In this document: positions 1-10,234 of the stretch, piece after piece
Position numbering within the stretch: position 1 is the first letter of the stretch
Layout: every line of letters begins with the position of its first letter
Source: a virus
Taxonomy: Duplodnaviria > Heunggongvirae > Uroviricota > Caudoviricetes
Direction: 5' to 3' (one strand)
IMG/VR virus record: IMGVR_UViG_2740892439_000009
Length of the DNA stretch: 64,000 nucleotides
Position numbers and translations under genes: made by a program
Notes under the pieces: generated by a model
Seen by the model: only the letters and a program-made list of their open reading frames with translations
What the model was told of the DNA's origin: nothing
Database searches by the model: none

Positions 1-3000
1 GCCGGCAGTTACGTGATCGCGCATTACAAAGCCTTCGTGAAAGTCAATGCTGATACCACCATCACTATGGCACCAGGGTCTCGTGTTTTTGATGATACGG
101 GCGCCGTGTACGTGAACGGTGTTAGGGTTGCCTTTGGTAATGCGAGCTGGAATACGGTTAGCTTTGATCTGAAAGCTGGCTGGAGCACGGTTGAGTTCTT
201 GGTGAACCAATGGACTGGTCAGGCTTACATTAACCTCGGCTTTAAACTGTCCGAGAAGGTAGCCCAGCTGAATTCTGCTCTTGGGATGAACGCGCTTTCG
301 AATGCCATTAGCGCCGTCACCTCAAACGTCAGCACCGTAGGTGATCGCGTCACGAGCACCTCACAGAGCGTTACTGACCTGCGAAATAGCCTCGAACAGA
401 CCAACGCAAATCTAGCGAATAAGGCAGATGCACAGGCGCTGTCTACGCTGCAAAATACGGTCTCCAAGCAGGGGGATACGATTTCCAGCCAGGGTAACAG
501 CATCACGAACCTGAATAACACCCTGACCGCTGCCAGAAACGCCGGTGACAACCTGATCCCGAACTACGATTTCCTGCAGGGTGCAACTGCGTGGGATATC
601 CAGTATCCGGCGGGCGTCGCTTTTGGCAACTTCGGTGATGGTAAGGCTGGGGTTAAGCTGAACCGGACGACCACGACCAGCCCAGGCATCTTCTCCAACA
701 ACAACAAGCCGCTGCCGCTTAATGGTCAGCGCAAATATCGTGTTGTGGTTAAAGCCAAGGGCGTGTCCGGGGCGATGAACATGTTGATCCGGCGCCAGAA
801 CAAAATCGGCCAGACCGACAGCAATTATGAAGATAAAAACGTCACACTCACCAGTGAGTGGCAGACCATTACCTGGGAAACTGGGCTTACTGCCTCTAAC
901 GCTGATGGTCAGAACTTTAAGCTTTACGCGCACCCGGCTAATGCCGAAATCTGGGTTGATACCTTTAAGGTCTTTGATATCACGGATGAGGTGAAGATCA
1001 AGGCTAATAGCGATGCGCTGTCTACGTTGTCGAGCACGGTGACGCAGCAGGGTGACAAGATCACCAGTCAGGGCAACAGCATCACTAAGTTGACCAATGA
1101 CCTCGAAGTCGCTGACGCAAACATCGCGAAAAAGGCCGATCAGTCGGCAGTCACTACGCTGACAGGTCGGGTAGAGAAGACGGAGTCCGGTCTGACGGCG
1201 GCGAACAGCAACATTACGTCGCTCAGCAGCTCTCTGAACCAGCAATCCAAACGCGGCGCCAATCTGCTTCCTGATGGCACTTTTGAAAGCTACGCGGTTG
1301 GCCATAATCTATCAAATAATCGCGTTATCGTGACCACTGATGACTCGCATGGCGGTAGTAAGTGCATCCGTGTGACGCGTCCGAATGATTACAACGCTAA
1401 CGCAACTGATAACAGCGATAATCACATTTTCAGCGGGTTCCAGGTTCGCGATAACGCAGTCTTCTATATGGAATGCTGGGTTAAGCTGGATGCCAAGAGC
1501 ACCGCTATGGCCGAGAATGCGCAGATCTCCATTGGCTTGTCGCTCCAGTATCAGGATAACTCCTGGCAGTGGCCAGCAGTAACCAAAGCGGCGAAAGATC
1601 TGTCTACAGCTCAATGGACGAAGGTTTCTGGTTACCTGAAATCAACGAAGAGCGGTATTAAGCAGGCAATGGTGAGGATTTCTATTCCTAACGTTAGCAG
1701 CGTTAAGGCGGGAAACTCATTCCTCATTGATGACCTGGTCATTACCGAAGTGACTGATGCCTACAATGCGCAAAGTACAGCAGACGCTAATGCCAATGCG
1801 ATTTCGACACTGGACTCGACCGTCTCCCAACAGGGTGACCAGATCACCAGTCAGGGTAACAGCATCACCAAACTGACAAATGACCTGGCAACGACCAATA
1901 ACAACGTCAGTAAAAAAGCGGATCAGAGCGCTTTAAGCGTGTTGTCCGGGCGCGTCGATCAAACAGAATCGGGCTTATCCTCTGCGAATAGCAGTATCAC
2001 TGCGCTTAATTCATCTGTACGCGCAGGGAATGCGACAAGTGGCGATTTGATTAGCAACCCGACATTTGACCCAGAGTTTAGTCAGATGGGCTTCACTGTG
2101 GTTTCCAGCTCGTCTGAGGGCGTGCCAGCCAATTGCCCATACGCTTATGTTGCACGCATTGCGGCTCGCGACCATCACCCCAATTTTGCTGCTATTCCGG
2201 CGACATTGGGGGATGTCTATGAAATGTCTGCTCTCGTCGCGTGTGGCACCGGCTCCGCTGATTTCAACCTGTATCTCGGAACCGCAACACGGCCAAGCGG
2301 CAGCGTGGGCGCGCCTCTGTCATCCGGCGGCAACCGCAAGGCGTCGGCCACATGGCAGCGAGTAACCTGGCGATTCAAAATTACTCAGGGGATTGTCGAT
2401 CGCGGCTTCTTCCGTCCATTCCTGCAAATTAACCAGTCCAGCCCATTCGGCACCGTCTGGTATGTGACTGACTGGCATCTGCGGAACGTGACCGACTCCT
2501 CCAAAGTCCAGGATTCCCTCGACGCCACGGCGAAAGCGGTTGATTCGCTGACCTCTACGGTAAATCAGCAGGGGGAGAATATCTCCAGCATTGGTACACG
2601 TACTACCAATCTTGAGAATAATTTGAGAACAACAAATGCAAACGTTGCTCAAAAAGCGGACGCCAATGCTCTGACGGCACTGACCAACCGTGTTACCCAG
2701 ACCGAAAAAGACATTAACTCAACGAGTTCTTCTGTCACGAATCTGAACAACAAGGTTGATGCCATTTCTGTTGGCGGTACAAACCTGATTAAGAACTCTG
2801 GCGATATGACCGGCTGGTCGAACGTTACCAGCGACACGTATCGTGGTAACGCGGTAATTGGCGCAACTGTAAAAGCCGGCTCCGGCTACAAGGATCTGCG
2901 GGAAATCACGCTTGAGTCGCCGGTCGATGCAGGTGAGTACGTTTACAGCTTCTATGCAAAAGGCGGTGTTGCTGGCCAGATTATGACGGCGTTCTTCTAC

Positions 3001-5424
3001 AATCCGAACACTACAACGTCTATCGAGACCAGCCAGGGTGCGAAAGGTAACAACAGTGATGGCCGTGCGCAGTTCACGCTGACCACTTCATGGTCCCGCT
3101 ATTGGGTTAAGTGGAAACAGACACCTACCACGAGTACCAAGCGCCTGATTCTGTGTCGTATCGAGAGCAATACCTCCAAAGACCAGACGGTGTACATCAA
3201 CAGTCCGAAGTTTGAGGTAGGTAACGTTGTTTCCGACTGGAACGAGTCTCCGTCTGATAGTGCCAGTGCGTCGGCTGTGGACTCGCTGACAACGAAAGTG
3301 AATCAGCAGGGCACTTCCATTAGCTCTATCGGAAATCGCACCACATCGTTGGAAAACGGGTTATCGACAGCTCAAAACAATATTGCCAAGAAGGCTGATG
3401 CTTCTGCATTGCAGGATCTCCGGAACACGGTGACATCTCAGGGTGATGATTTAACTGCGGCGAACAGCAGCATTACCAGCCTGCATGCCTCGATGAACCG
3501 TCGCACTGTGTTTACTGTCACTGCACGGGGTAATGGCAACAGCGTTACCCATGGGGTGTTTGATGAAAGCGGCAAGAATCTGTTTACCCCTGGTCGCAGC
3601 TGGGCGCTGGTCACTTTTGCAAAACACAGCGACGGATCAACGGTGATTGCGACCTCCAAAACATACGATGTCTTTGGCAGCGCGAATAATGGCGCCACGA
3701 TGTCGGCTGATATCGAGGCACTGGCCAGTGGGACTTACGTTTGCGTCCTGACATTCGATGAGCCAACTGGCAACCGAGGTAAGGTGTTGTCTGCCCTGGA
3801 ATCTCTTGGTGGCACTTCCGAAGTCGTTAACTCTCTGCCGTATCGTGGCGCCTACATTCTCCTTGGCCGCAAAGGTATGAAGCCGGGCGATGGTCTGGAA
3901 CTGCGTGCGCCAACCGGTGGCGACGGCACCGCCCACATTTCGACCTCAGTCGAGTTTGTGAACGGGGTAATGATGGGGCTGGGCGCCGCTGGTGGTGTGA
4001 TGATGAAGGCTGATGCGAACGCATCTGCAATTACCACGCTCCAGAATACAGTGAAGACCCAAGGGGATAATATTGACTCCCTGAGCTCCTCGACAACAGC
4101 GCTGGAAAACAGCCTTGCGTCCAGTAACGTCAGCGTGGATGCAGCAAGCCAGATCCCCGGTAACCTGATCGTAAACCCGTCTTTTGAGCGTGGTACGGAG
4201 GGCTACACTGGTTGGAGCGGTATTGCCACGGTGGCAACGCTGCAGGTTCCACATCTTGGCACCAAAGCCGCCAAACTAGCGGCGGGTGGTTCTGCAGGCG
4301 TGGGCCAGAAGATCTCCTTCAAAAAGGATCGGTCGTACAAAATTGGTATTTGGGCAAAGCAGGACCCTAATACCACCATTCAGTCGACCGACAACACAAA
4401 ATTCCGTGTGGCTGACGGTACTGGCCTGATTGCAAGTAAGGTTTATGGTCCGTTCACCTCGAACTGGCAGGAGGTGTCATGGACATGGAAGGCGACAAAG
4501 GATGTCCTTGCTGACGTTCAGTTCACTGCTTTCTTGTCAGCCGGCGCGATGTACTTTGATGATTTTTACGTCGTCGATGTGACCGACTCAGTTGAAACTC
4601 AGGCGAACTCGAGTGCGATCACGAAGCTCGATAGTCGTGTGACCAAGACAGAGAATGACATCACCAGCCAGGGCAGCCAGGTTACGCAACTTAAGAATGA
4701 CCTTGCTACCACAAACACAAATGTTTCGAAGAAAGCGGATGCAGCTGCGTTAACGGCATTAACGAACCGCGTCACGCAGAATGAGAAAGAAATTGGAACC
4801 CAGAGCAGCCAGACAACTTCGCTCAAAAACTCTTTGAGCACTGTTCAGGCAATGGGAAGCAACCCGTGGTTTGATGGTTCTCTGGAGACGTACTCCGAAA
4901 ACCAGCAGATCAGCGGCTCGCGCGCGGTCGTCGTCAGCTCTCAGAAACGAAGCGGAACGAAGTCGTTGCGTGTTTCCCGCGGCGCCGGTGAGGGCGGAAA
5001 CAGCGATAAAACCATCGGTAAGTGGATTGCTCTGCGTGAAAATGCGGTATTCCGCATTGAACTCTGGGCGATGATGCCGGCAGATCAGTCGCCATCATCC
5101 GGGTGGTCAACGCTCGTTGGTTTGCAGACCCAAAACGCTGCCAACAACAATAACTGGCCGACGGCAATCACTATCAATGAAGCCGCATTGGGTGCAAGAG
5201 GCGCATGGAAGAAATTCACCGGTACGCTCCGTGTAGCCGCTGGCCACACTCGCGGCGCATTTTGGGTATCTACCGCGGCACAACTGGCACTGGTACACCG
5301 GGGTATGATCTGTATATCGATGACGTTGTTGTCACCGATATCACCGACGCAAAAGAGGCTCAAGATTCGGCTAATTCGAACGCATCCGCGCTCACCAGCC
5401 TTACCTCACGTGTTACCAATGTAG
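1..5424 (+). CDS. Lateral (L-shaped) tail fibre protein, LtfA-like; 5'-partial upstream segment, frame lost near 5270
   Basis: Frame open from base 1. About 8 diverged tandem modules, each with a coiled-coil stretch (QQGDxITSQGNSITKLTNDL..KKADQSAL) followed by a beta-rich domain ending in (F/Y)xDDxxVxDVTD. The last ~50 codons of this frame look like nonsense. Confidence 0.75.
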   Translation, partial: AGSYVIAHYKAFVKVNADTTITMAPGSRVFDDTGAVYVNGVRVAFGNASWNTVSFDLKAGWSTVEFLVNQWTGQAYINLGFKLSEKVAQLNSALGMNALSNAISAVTSNVSTVGDRVTSTSQSVTDLRNSLEQTNANLANKADAQALSTLQNTVSKQGDTISSQGNSITNLNNTLTAARNAGDNLIPNYDFLQGATAWDIQYPAGVAFGNFGDGKAGVKLNRTTTTSPGIFSNNNKPLPLNGQRKYRVVVKAKGVSGAMNMLIRRQNKIGQTDSNYEDKNVTLTSEWQTITWETGLTASNADGQNFKLYAHPANAEIWVDTFKVFDITDEVKIKANSDALSTLSSTVTQQGDKITSQGNSITKLTNDLEVADANIAKKADQSAVTTLTGRVEKTESGLTAANSNITSLSSSLNQQSKRGANLLPDGTFESYAVGHNLSNNRVIVTTDDSHGGSKCIRVTRPNDYNANATDNSDNHIFSGFQVRDNAVFYMECWVKLDAKSTAMAENAQISIGLSLQYQDNSWQWPAVTKAAKDLSTAQWTKVSGYLKSTKSGIKQAMVRISIPNVSSVKAGNSFLIDDLVITEVTDAYNAQSTADANANAISTLDSTVSQQGDQITSQGNSITKLTNDLATTNNNVSKKADQSALSVLSGRVDQTESGLSSANSSITALNSSVRAGNATSGDLISNPTFDPEFSQMGFTVVSSSSEGVPANCPYAYVARIAARDHHPNFAAIPATLGDVYEMSALVACGTGSADFNLYLGTATRPSGSVGAPLSSGGNRKASATWQRVTWRFKITQGIVDRGFFRPFLQINQSSPFGTVWYVTDWHLRNVTDSSKVQDSLDATAKAVDSLTSTVNQQGENISSIGTRTTNLENNLRTTNANVAQKADANALTALTNRVTQTEKDINSTSSSVTNLNNKVDAISVGGTNLIKNSGDMTGWSNVTSDTYRGNAVIGATVKAGSGYKDLREITLESPVDAGEYVYSFYAKGGVAGQIMTAFFYNPNTTTSIETSQGAKGNNSDGRAQFTLTTSWSRYWVKWKQTPTTSTKRLILCRIESNTSKDQTVYINSPKFEVGNVVSDWNESPSDSASASAVDSLTTKVNQQGTSISSIGNRTTSLENGLSTAQNNIAKKADASALQDLRNTVTSQGDDLTAANSSITSLHASMNRRTVFTVTARGNGNSVTHGVFDESGKNLFTPGRSWALVTFAKHSDGSTVIATSKTYDVFGSANNGATMSADIEALASGTYVCVLTFDEPTGNRGKVLSALESLGGTSEVVNSLPYRGAYILLGRKGMKPGDGLELRAPTGGDGTAHISTSVEFVNGVMMGLGAAGGVMMKADANASAITTLQNTVKTQGDNIDSLSSSTTALENSLASSNVSVDAASQIPGNLIVNPSFERGTEGYTGWSGIATVATLQVPHLGTKAAKLAAGGSAGVGQKISFKKDRSYKIGIWAKQDPNTTIQSTDNTKFRVADGTGLIASKVYGPFTSNWQEVSWTWKATKDVLADVQFTAFLSAGAMYFDDFYVVDVTDSVETQANSSAITKLDSRVTKTENDITSQGSQVTQLKNDLATTNTNVSKKADAAALTALTNRVTQNEKEIGTQSSQTTSLKNSLSTVQAMGSNPWFDGSLETYSENQQISGSRAVVVSSQKRSGTKSLRVSRGAGEGGNSDKTIGKWIALRENAVFRIELWAMMPADQSPSSGWSTLVGLQTQNAANNNNWPTAITINEAALGARGAWKKFTGTLRVAAGHTRGAFWVSTAAQLALVHRGMICISMTLLSPISPTQKRLKIRLIRTHPRSPALPHVLPM

Positions 5425-6581
5425 AAGGGCAGGTGACATCCCAGGCGTCTCAGCTGTCCTCTTTGACGTCCCAGGTGAATGATGCGTCTTCGAAGGTTGA
5501 TCAGATGGCGCAAACCATCACCAACAACGAGAAAACGCAGTCGTCGCTGAATACCAGCTTGCAGTCGCAAATTGATGCGCAGGCATCGGCAAACATCAAG
5601 AACCAGACGGAGTTGAATAACGCCACCACTTCGATGGCGGCAATTAAATCAACTCAGCAGACTCAGGCCACAACGATTAGTGCACTGTCTCAGCAGCAAA
5701 CGAATTTAACGGCCCAGGTAGGAGGCCAGTCAGCCGAGCTGCAGGAGCTGAAGAAAACGGTTGTTGAAAACGGCAACGTTAACAGCACCTGGATGGTCAA
5801 AATGGAAACCAACAGCAACGGTAAAAAGTATGCTGCTGGTATAGCTTTAGGTATCGATGGCAAAAATTTGCAGAGCCAGTTTCTGGTTCAGGCTGATCGC
5901 TTCGGCTTAATCAACACCTCTAACGGGAATACGACTACACCTTTCGTTATCGAAAATGGCGTTGCGTATATTAATGCCGCTGTCATTAAAGATGGCTCGA
6001 TCACCAATGCGAAAATTGGAGGCGAAATCCGTTCTGACAATTTCGTTAATGGTTCAAATGGCTGGAGAATTGGAAAAGACGGTAGTTCACAGTTCAACAA
6101 TGCGATATTCAGAGGTCATATTGAAGCGCGCAGTGGTACGTTCAAAGGAACCCTGGAAGCTCAAAACTTTATTGGTGATATCGCTGTAGCTCGGCGTTAT
6201 GCGGATTTATCGTTCCGTCGTAACAACACCGTACAGCGTGATGGTCGTTACCAGAACCGCGGATACGGTATGACTATTGTGCTAAGTTGTACCCTGATAT
6301 ATCAGGTTACTGGGGGGAATGAGGATCGTAACGGTTATATTGTTGAAATGACATTTAACGTTGGCGGTCAGGAGGTAACTCGCCGTTTCCCGATCAACCC
6401 GCGAATGAATATGGGCTCCTACTCGATGGAGTTTCGTTTTGCAGCGGATATTCCAGGCAACTATGACAACGTCCCGTTCTTTGTAAGAGCACGTGGTCGG
6501 GATGCTACTTGGGACTACCAGTGTTATGTAGAAAACATCACTGCCACTGCTTTCCGTACAAACAGCAACTCATTCAGCTAA
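5205..6581 (+). CDS. LtfA continuation in the -1 frame (C-terminal coiled-coil and distal tip domain)
   Basis: This frame carries the expected module end TGTGTPGYDLYIDDVVVTDITDA, then a further coiled-coil repeat and a beta-rich C-terminal domain. A hairpin GGCGCCCC..GGGGCGCC follows the stop. Confidence 0.7.
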   Translation: MEEIHRYAPCSRWPHSRRILGIYRGTTGTGTPGYDLYIDDVVVTDITDAKEAQDSANSNASALTSLTSRVTNVEGQVTSQASQLSSLTSQVNDASSKVDQMAQTITNNEKTQSSLNTSLQSQIDAQASANIKNQTELNNATTSMAAIKSTQQTQATTISALSQQQTNLTAQVGGQSAELQELKKTVVENGNVNSTWMVKMETNSNGKKYAAGIALGIDGKNLQSQFLVQADRFGLINTSNGNTTTPFVIENGVAYINAAVIKDGSITNAKIGGEIRSDNFVNGSNGWRIGKDGSSQFNNAIFRGHIEARSGTFKGTLEAQNFIGDIAVARRYADLSFRRNNTVQRDGRYQNRGYGMTIVLSCTLIYQVTGGNEDRNGYIVEMTFNVGGQEVTRRFPINPRMNMGSYSMEFRFAADIPGNYDNVPFFVRARGRDATWDYQCYVENITATAFRTNSNSFS

Positions 6582-6637
6582 CATGGCGCCCCTTTGGGGC
6601 GCCCACTAAACCGTATTAACTCAAGGAAGAGTAAATT

Positions 6638-6708
6638 ATGGCAATGTATGAAGTTGGCACCATAACGGGTGCTGCAAACCAGGCAAAGGTTACAGGTATT
6701 TCCACTAA
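6638..6708 (+). CDS. N-terminal segment of second tail fibre (LtfB-like), separated from the body by a -1 frame change
   Basis: ATG preceded by AAGGAAG; encodes MAMYEVGTITGAANQAKVTGISTK, a fibre-like N-terminus. The downstream ORF in the -1 frame opens exactly here. Confidence 0.45.
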
Positions 6709-8076
6709 GTGTCGGAGACCGCCCTGGGTATTCAAGAGGGTTCGATTCTTGTCATTTATCGCAATGGAAGTGCCGATCTGTATGCCATCAAATCCGTTAA
6801 TAACGACACTCAACTGACCCTGACGAGAAACATTACAACAGCTTTTTCTGGTGCGAAATATGGAATTATCACATCAGAAACAGCCAGCACATCGTCTTTT
6901 GCTAATCAACTCGCCAGTGCATTCACTCTGTGGCGTAATGTTGTCCAGGGGTGGTCTACAGCACTAACAGGTAGTGGCAATATTACAATAACAGACCCTT
7001 TAACGGGTGTATCTGTGACTGTTCCAGCAATTTCAGGAATGGCGAAAGCGTCCGATCTCACAGCACTTAGCAACTCGCTGAAAGATGTAGCGAAGACTAC
7101 AACGGCAAACACATGGACGCAGGCGCAGACGTGGAACGCAGCATCTACGTTTAAAAATAACCTTACGGTGAACGGCACTTTTACAGTAAATGGGAATTTC
7201 TACGGCAAGCAGCTTGCTGGAGGCCACATAGAGTTAACAGGGGCGACCCCTTATATCGACTTTCACCACGGCAACACCACAACAGACTACACACATCGAA
7301 TTATTACTGAGAATGGGGCATTGGCTGTTTATCCGGGCTTACGCGTCCGTGGTGGATTGGGGATTTATGGTGTAGCTACGCAATACGGAGATCAGTACGG
7401 GCAGGGATTTATCACCCGTCTTAACACAGATCCAGGTAACGTAGCTAACGGCACAATCATTGCCTCTCCACGCGTCACAACTAGGTTCAACACTCGCGGC
7501 AGTGACACAAATGTTGACGGCGGACAGGGGGCCATGTGGTTTGAGGAGCAGGTGGGGACGAACCATAGGCTGGTATTCATGCTTGGTGGTTTCAGTCAGC
7601 CTGTCCAATATTGGCAACACTTGCCTGATGGGCGGATCTATAGTAGTTCTCGCGGCGATGTTGCATTTAACGGGACGTCCGACGAACGGTTGAAACATAG
7701 TATAGAACCGACTGACGGCCATTTGTCAGTCGATCGCATTCGTCAGCTTGAGCTGGTGACGTTCGTCTATAACGATGACGAGCAGGAACGAGTACGCCGC
7801 GGGATTATTGCGCAGCAGGCTCAGCTGGTCGACAAACAGTATGTTAAGCAGATTAACACATCGTATATTCTCAACGGTGAGAAAGTGGACGATGACCGTC
7901 TGCAACTCGATAATAACGTTATTCTAATGGATACATTGGCGGCGGTTAAAGTACTGATTCAGCGAGTTGAAGAACTTGAGAATAAACTTAACTCATCAGA
8001 AGGGAGCGACGCCATAAATACAAACCAGAATACCTTCGATACAGGCGTGGCCATGAGAAGTGAGCAATCAAATTAA
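6709..8076 (+). CDS. Tail fibre protein with C-terminal intramolecular chaperone (peptidase S74-type) domain
   Basis: C-terminal SDERLKHSIEP..IRQLELVTFVYNDDEQERVRRGIIAQQAQ matches the autoproteolytic chaperone signature of phage fibres and endosialidases; glycine-rich beta region upstream. Confidence 0.8.
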   Translation: MSETALGIQEGSILVIYRNGSADLYAIKSVNNDTQLTLTRNITTAFSGAKYGIITSETASTSSFANQLASAFTLWRNVVQGWSTALTGSGNITITDPLTGVSVTVPAISGMAKASDLTALSNSLKDVAKTTTANTWTQAQTWNAASTFKNNLTVNGTFTVNGNFYGKQLAGGHIELTGATPYIDFHHGNTTTDYTHRIITENGALAVYPGLRVRGGLGIYGVATQYGDQYGQGFITRLNTDPGNVANGTIIASPRVTTRFNTRGSDTNVDGGQGAMWFEEQVGTNHRLVFMLGGFSQPVQYWQHLPDGRIYSSSRGDVAFNGTSDERLKHSIEPTDGHLSVDRIRQLELVTFVYNDDEQERVRRGIIAQQAQLVDKQYVKQINTSYILNGEKVDDDRLQLDNNVILMDTLAAVKVLIQRVEELENKLNSSEGSDAINTNQNTFDTGVAMRSEQSN

Positions 8077-8154
8077 TTCAATTCGTATGTAAGTGCTTAC
8101 CTACAATTAGTTTCTAATTTATGATATAAATCTGCCATCCGATTTGACTTATTC

Positions 8155-8490
8155 ATGGAGGAAGACATGTCAAACGAGATGGCAGGCGTGACGCCAGAGC
8201 AGGTGGAGCGCATTGCCGCAATTGTTGCGCGAGAAGTCGTAGGAAAATTAAGTAAGGAGCTTCGCGATGATATTGGCCAGGAGGTCAACGATCAGCTGCG
8301 AACCTACTTTGGCGATATGACTCCGGCGCAACATAGCATTCAGCATTCCAACCTGGACAAACTTCTTAATCGGCTCGACACGATTTCAAGCGGGTTCTTT
8401 GGAGGCATTATTTCCAAGATTACCTCGTTCCTGATCACCGTGCTGCTTTTGGGTTTGGCCGCTTATGGCGTGAAAAATGGACTGCAATAA
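8155..8490 (+). CDS. Small protein with one C-terminal TM helix; candidate holin or lysis-associated protein
   Basis: 111-aa ORF immediately upstream of the endolysin-like gene; hydrophobic C-terminus FFGGIISKITSFLITVLLLGLAAYG. Role inferred from position only. Confidence 0.35.
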   Translation: MEEDMSNEMAGVTPEQVERIAAIVAREVVGKLSKELRDDIGQEVNDQLRTYFGDMTPAQHSIQHSNLDKLLNRLDTISSGFFGGIISKITSFLITVLLLGLAAYGVKNGLQ

Positions 8491-8503
8491 CAGGAGAACA
8501 AGG

Positions 8504-9196
8504 ATGAGTACTCCAAGAGGCATTCGTAACAACAACCCTGGCAACCTGGATAAAGGGTCGCCGTGGCAAGGGTTAGTAAACAACCCGTCGGAACCGCGGT
8601 TCTGTACTTTTAAAGACCCCGTATGGGGGATTCGAGCACTGACAGTAACGCTCATCACCTACCATGATAAGCGCCGTGCAAAAGATGGCTCCAGCATCGA
8701 TACGATCCGCGAAGTCATCGAGCGTTGGGCGCCGCCACACGAAAACAACACCGCCGCCTATATCAATGAGGTTTCTAAAGCCGTTGGCGTGACGCCGGAC
8801 ATGATCATCGATCTGCATGACTACAATACTATGCGGCCGCTGGTGGAGGCGATTATTCGTCATGAGAACGGTCGTGGCCCTTTGAAAACACTCAACAGCT
8901 GGTATTCGGCCGAAGTTATTGACGAAGGTATGCGTCGCGCCGGCGTCGTTAAACCGGTAACTGCAGTGAAAGCCGTACCTGTCACGAAAGAAACTGCAGG
9001 CGCAACGGTGACTGCAGGTATCGGTATTGCGCAGCTGGCGGACGTAATGCCGCAGATCTCCGTTGCGATGGATAAGGCCCAGGGACATATTACCAGCGGT
9101 GATACCGTTCGCATTATCTTCGGTATTGCGACCATTGTTGTCGCCGGCTTTATTGCCTGGTCGCAAGTTCGTAAGCATCAGGCAGGAGTGGTGTAA
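8504..9196 (+). CDS. Endolysin-like peptidoglycan hydrolase (NNNPGN motif) with C-terminal hydrophobic segment
   Basis: ATG with AGGAG upstream; N-terminal GIRNNNPGNL motif as recalled from phage muramidase/lysozyme-like families; sits between candidate holin and spanins. Confidence 0.45.
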   Translation: MSTPRGIRNNNPGNLDKGSPWQGLVNNPSEPRFCTFKDPVWGIRALTVTLITYHDKRRAKDGSSIDTIREVIERWAPPHENNTAAYINEVSKAVGVTPDMIIDLHDYNTMRPLVEAIIRHENGRGPLKTLNSWYSAEVIDEGMRRAGVVKPVTAVKAVPVTKETAGATVTAGIGIAQLADVMPQISVAMDKAQGHITSGDTVRIIFGIATIVVAGFIAWSQVRKHQAGVV

Positions 9197-9198
9197 CC

Positions 9199-9450
9199 AT
9201 GAACGGCAGCCTGCTTTCAAAAGTCAAATCGACCATCATGACTTTGGCTGCCGTCTTCTCTGTGCTCGTTGGGGCGTACACCTGGGGTGGACGAGCTGCC
9301 CGGCGGGCCATGGAAGAAAAGGCGCAGAGAGAAACCAACAAACGGCTTCAAGGCACAGTGGATGTGAAAAATGAGACGATTAATGAAGTCAGGACTAAGG
9401 ATGCTTCTGCCGTTCATCGCGAGCTTCGCGATAAGTGGATGCGTGATTAA
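9199..9450 (+). CDS. i-spanin (Rz-like)
   Basis: N-terminal TM helix followed by a charged, coiled-coil-prone periplasmic region; the next gene is embedded in its 3' end. Confidence 0.55.
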   Translation: MNGSLLSKVKSTIMTLAAVFSVLVGAYTWGGRAARRAMEEKAQRETNKRLQGTVDVKNETINEVRTKDASAVHRELRDKWMRD

Positions 9451-9598
9451 ACCCCAGACCGTGGGCGTACAATTCTGCGATGGGGCTAACCCTATCTACA
9501 TCAGCAAGGACGACGCCCTGACAGAAGAAACTGAGAGGGAAATCCTGATCCACAACACGCTGGGTGAGCGAATCTGTGATTGGGGGAAAGGTACATAA
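9371..9598 (+). CDS. o-spanin lipoprotein (Rz1-like), overlapping the i-spanin gene
   Basis: Signal peptide with lipobox AISGC; short product; typical overlapped Rz/Rz1 arrangement. Confidence 0.55.
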   Translation: MRRLMKSGLRMLLPFIASFAISGCVIKPQTVGVQFCDGANPIYISKDDALTEETEREILIHNTLGERICDWGKGT

Positions 9599-9611
9599 GG
9601 AACTGACGTAA

Positions 9612-9650
9612 GATGCGCTTGCGTTGATGTGAGGCGCATCTGTTTCTTCT
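9612..9650 (+). terminator. Rho-independent terminator after the lysis cassette
   Basis: Hairpin GATGCGC..GCGCATC followed by a T-rich tract. Confidence 0.5.
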
Positions 9651-9841
9651 ATCTGTAATCGAGTAAATGCCGTCATCCAAGTTCACCGAACTTGATTATT
9701 CTTCACCGAACTTCACTCAAGGTAATCTTGAATCATCCTGCTTAATGATGTAGATTTAACCAACAGCTGACGATGTCGTCAGCCGTTAGACCTGAAAAGG
9801 TGCCGCAATGACATTCAATTGTTAACGGCTAAGGTGGAAAC

Positions 9842-10234
9842 ATGCACAACGCACTGAACGCATCCCGTTCTATACAAACGATCCGTGATTGCACGAGCGT
9901 TATTGAGACTCATGTGCTGGCTCAGCACAAGATTGAAGTCCGTAAGCTCAACAATGACGCGGTTGATCTAAAAGACACTCGCTTCATCATCACCTTTAAA
10001 AATGATGTTGAGAAGCCGTGTGCCAGCGTAAAGCCGTTAGCGGAAGCAATCTTCCTGAACGGACGTGTACGTTTTGTCGTAAAACCTGATAAGCAATACC
10101 CTGAATTTTTGCGTCATTTAAAAGAGTTTTCTGAGGTGATAGAACATTCTATTCGTCGCTTCGTACTTGGTCATGGTAGCATTAGTAGTCATGTAAAGGC
10201 TGATAGATCTGCTACCAAATGGCTCCTACACTAG
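9842..10234 (+). CDS. Hypothetical protein
   Basis: ORF with SD-like GGTGGAAACATG; no recognisable motifs. Confidence 0.45.
   Translation: MHNALNASRSIQTIRDCTSVIETHVLAQHKIEVRKLNNDAVDLKDTRFIITFKNDVEKPCASVKPLAEAIFLNGRVRFVVKPDKQYPEFLRHLKEFSEVIEHSIRRFVLGHGSISSHVKADRSATKWLLH

Noticed and set aside
5240-5300. Programmed -1 ribosomal frameshift in the tail-fibre gene (by analogy with lambda G/GT).
   Set aside because: No slippery heptamer or downstream structure is visible, and identical -1 breaks occur in seven unrelated genes, so indel error is the simpler explanation.
225-5363. Many minus-strand and alternative-frame ORFs inside the tail-fibre gene (for example 412-1305 minus, 3946-4254 minus).
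   Set aside because: They are shadow ORFs of a long, repetitive, GC-biased coding region; their products are low-complexity and the plus-frame product has clear modular homology-like structure.
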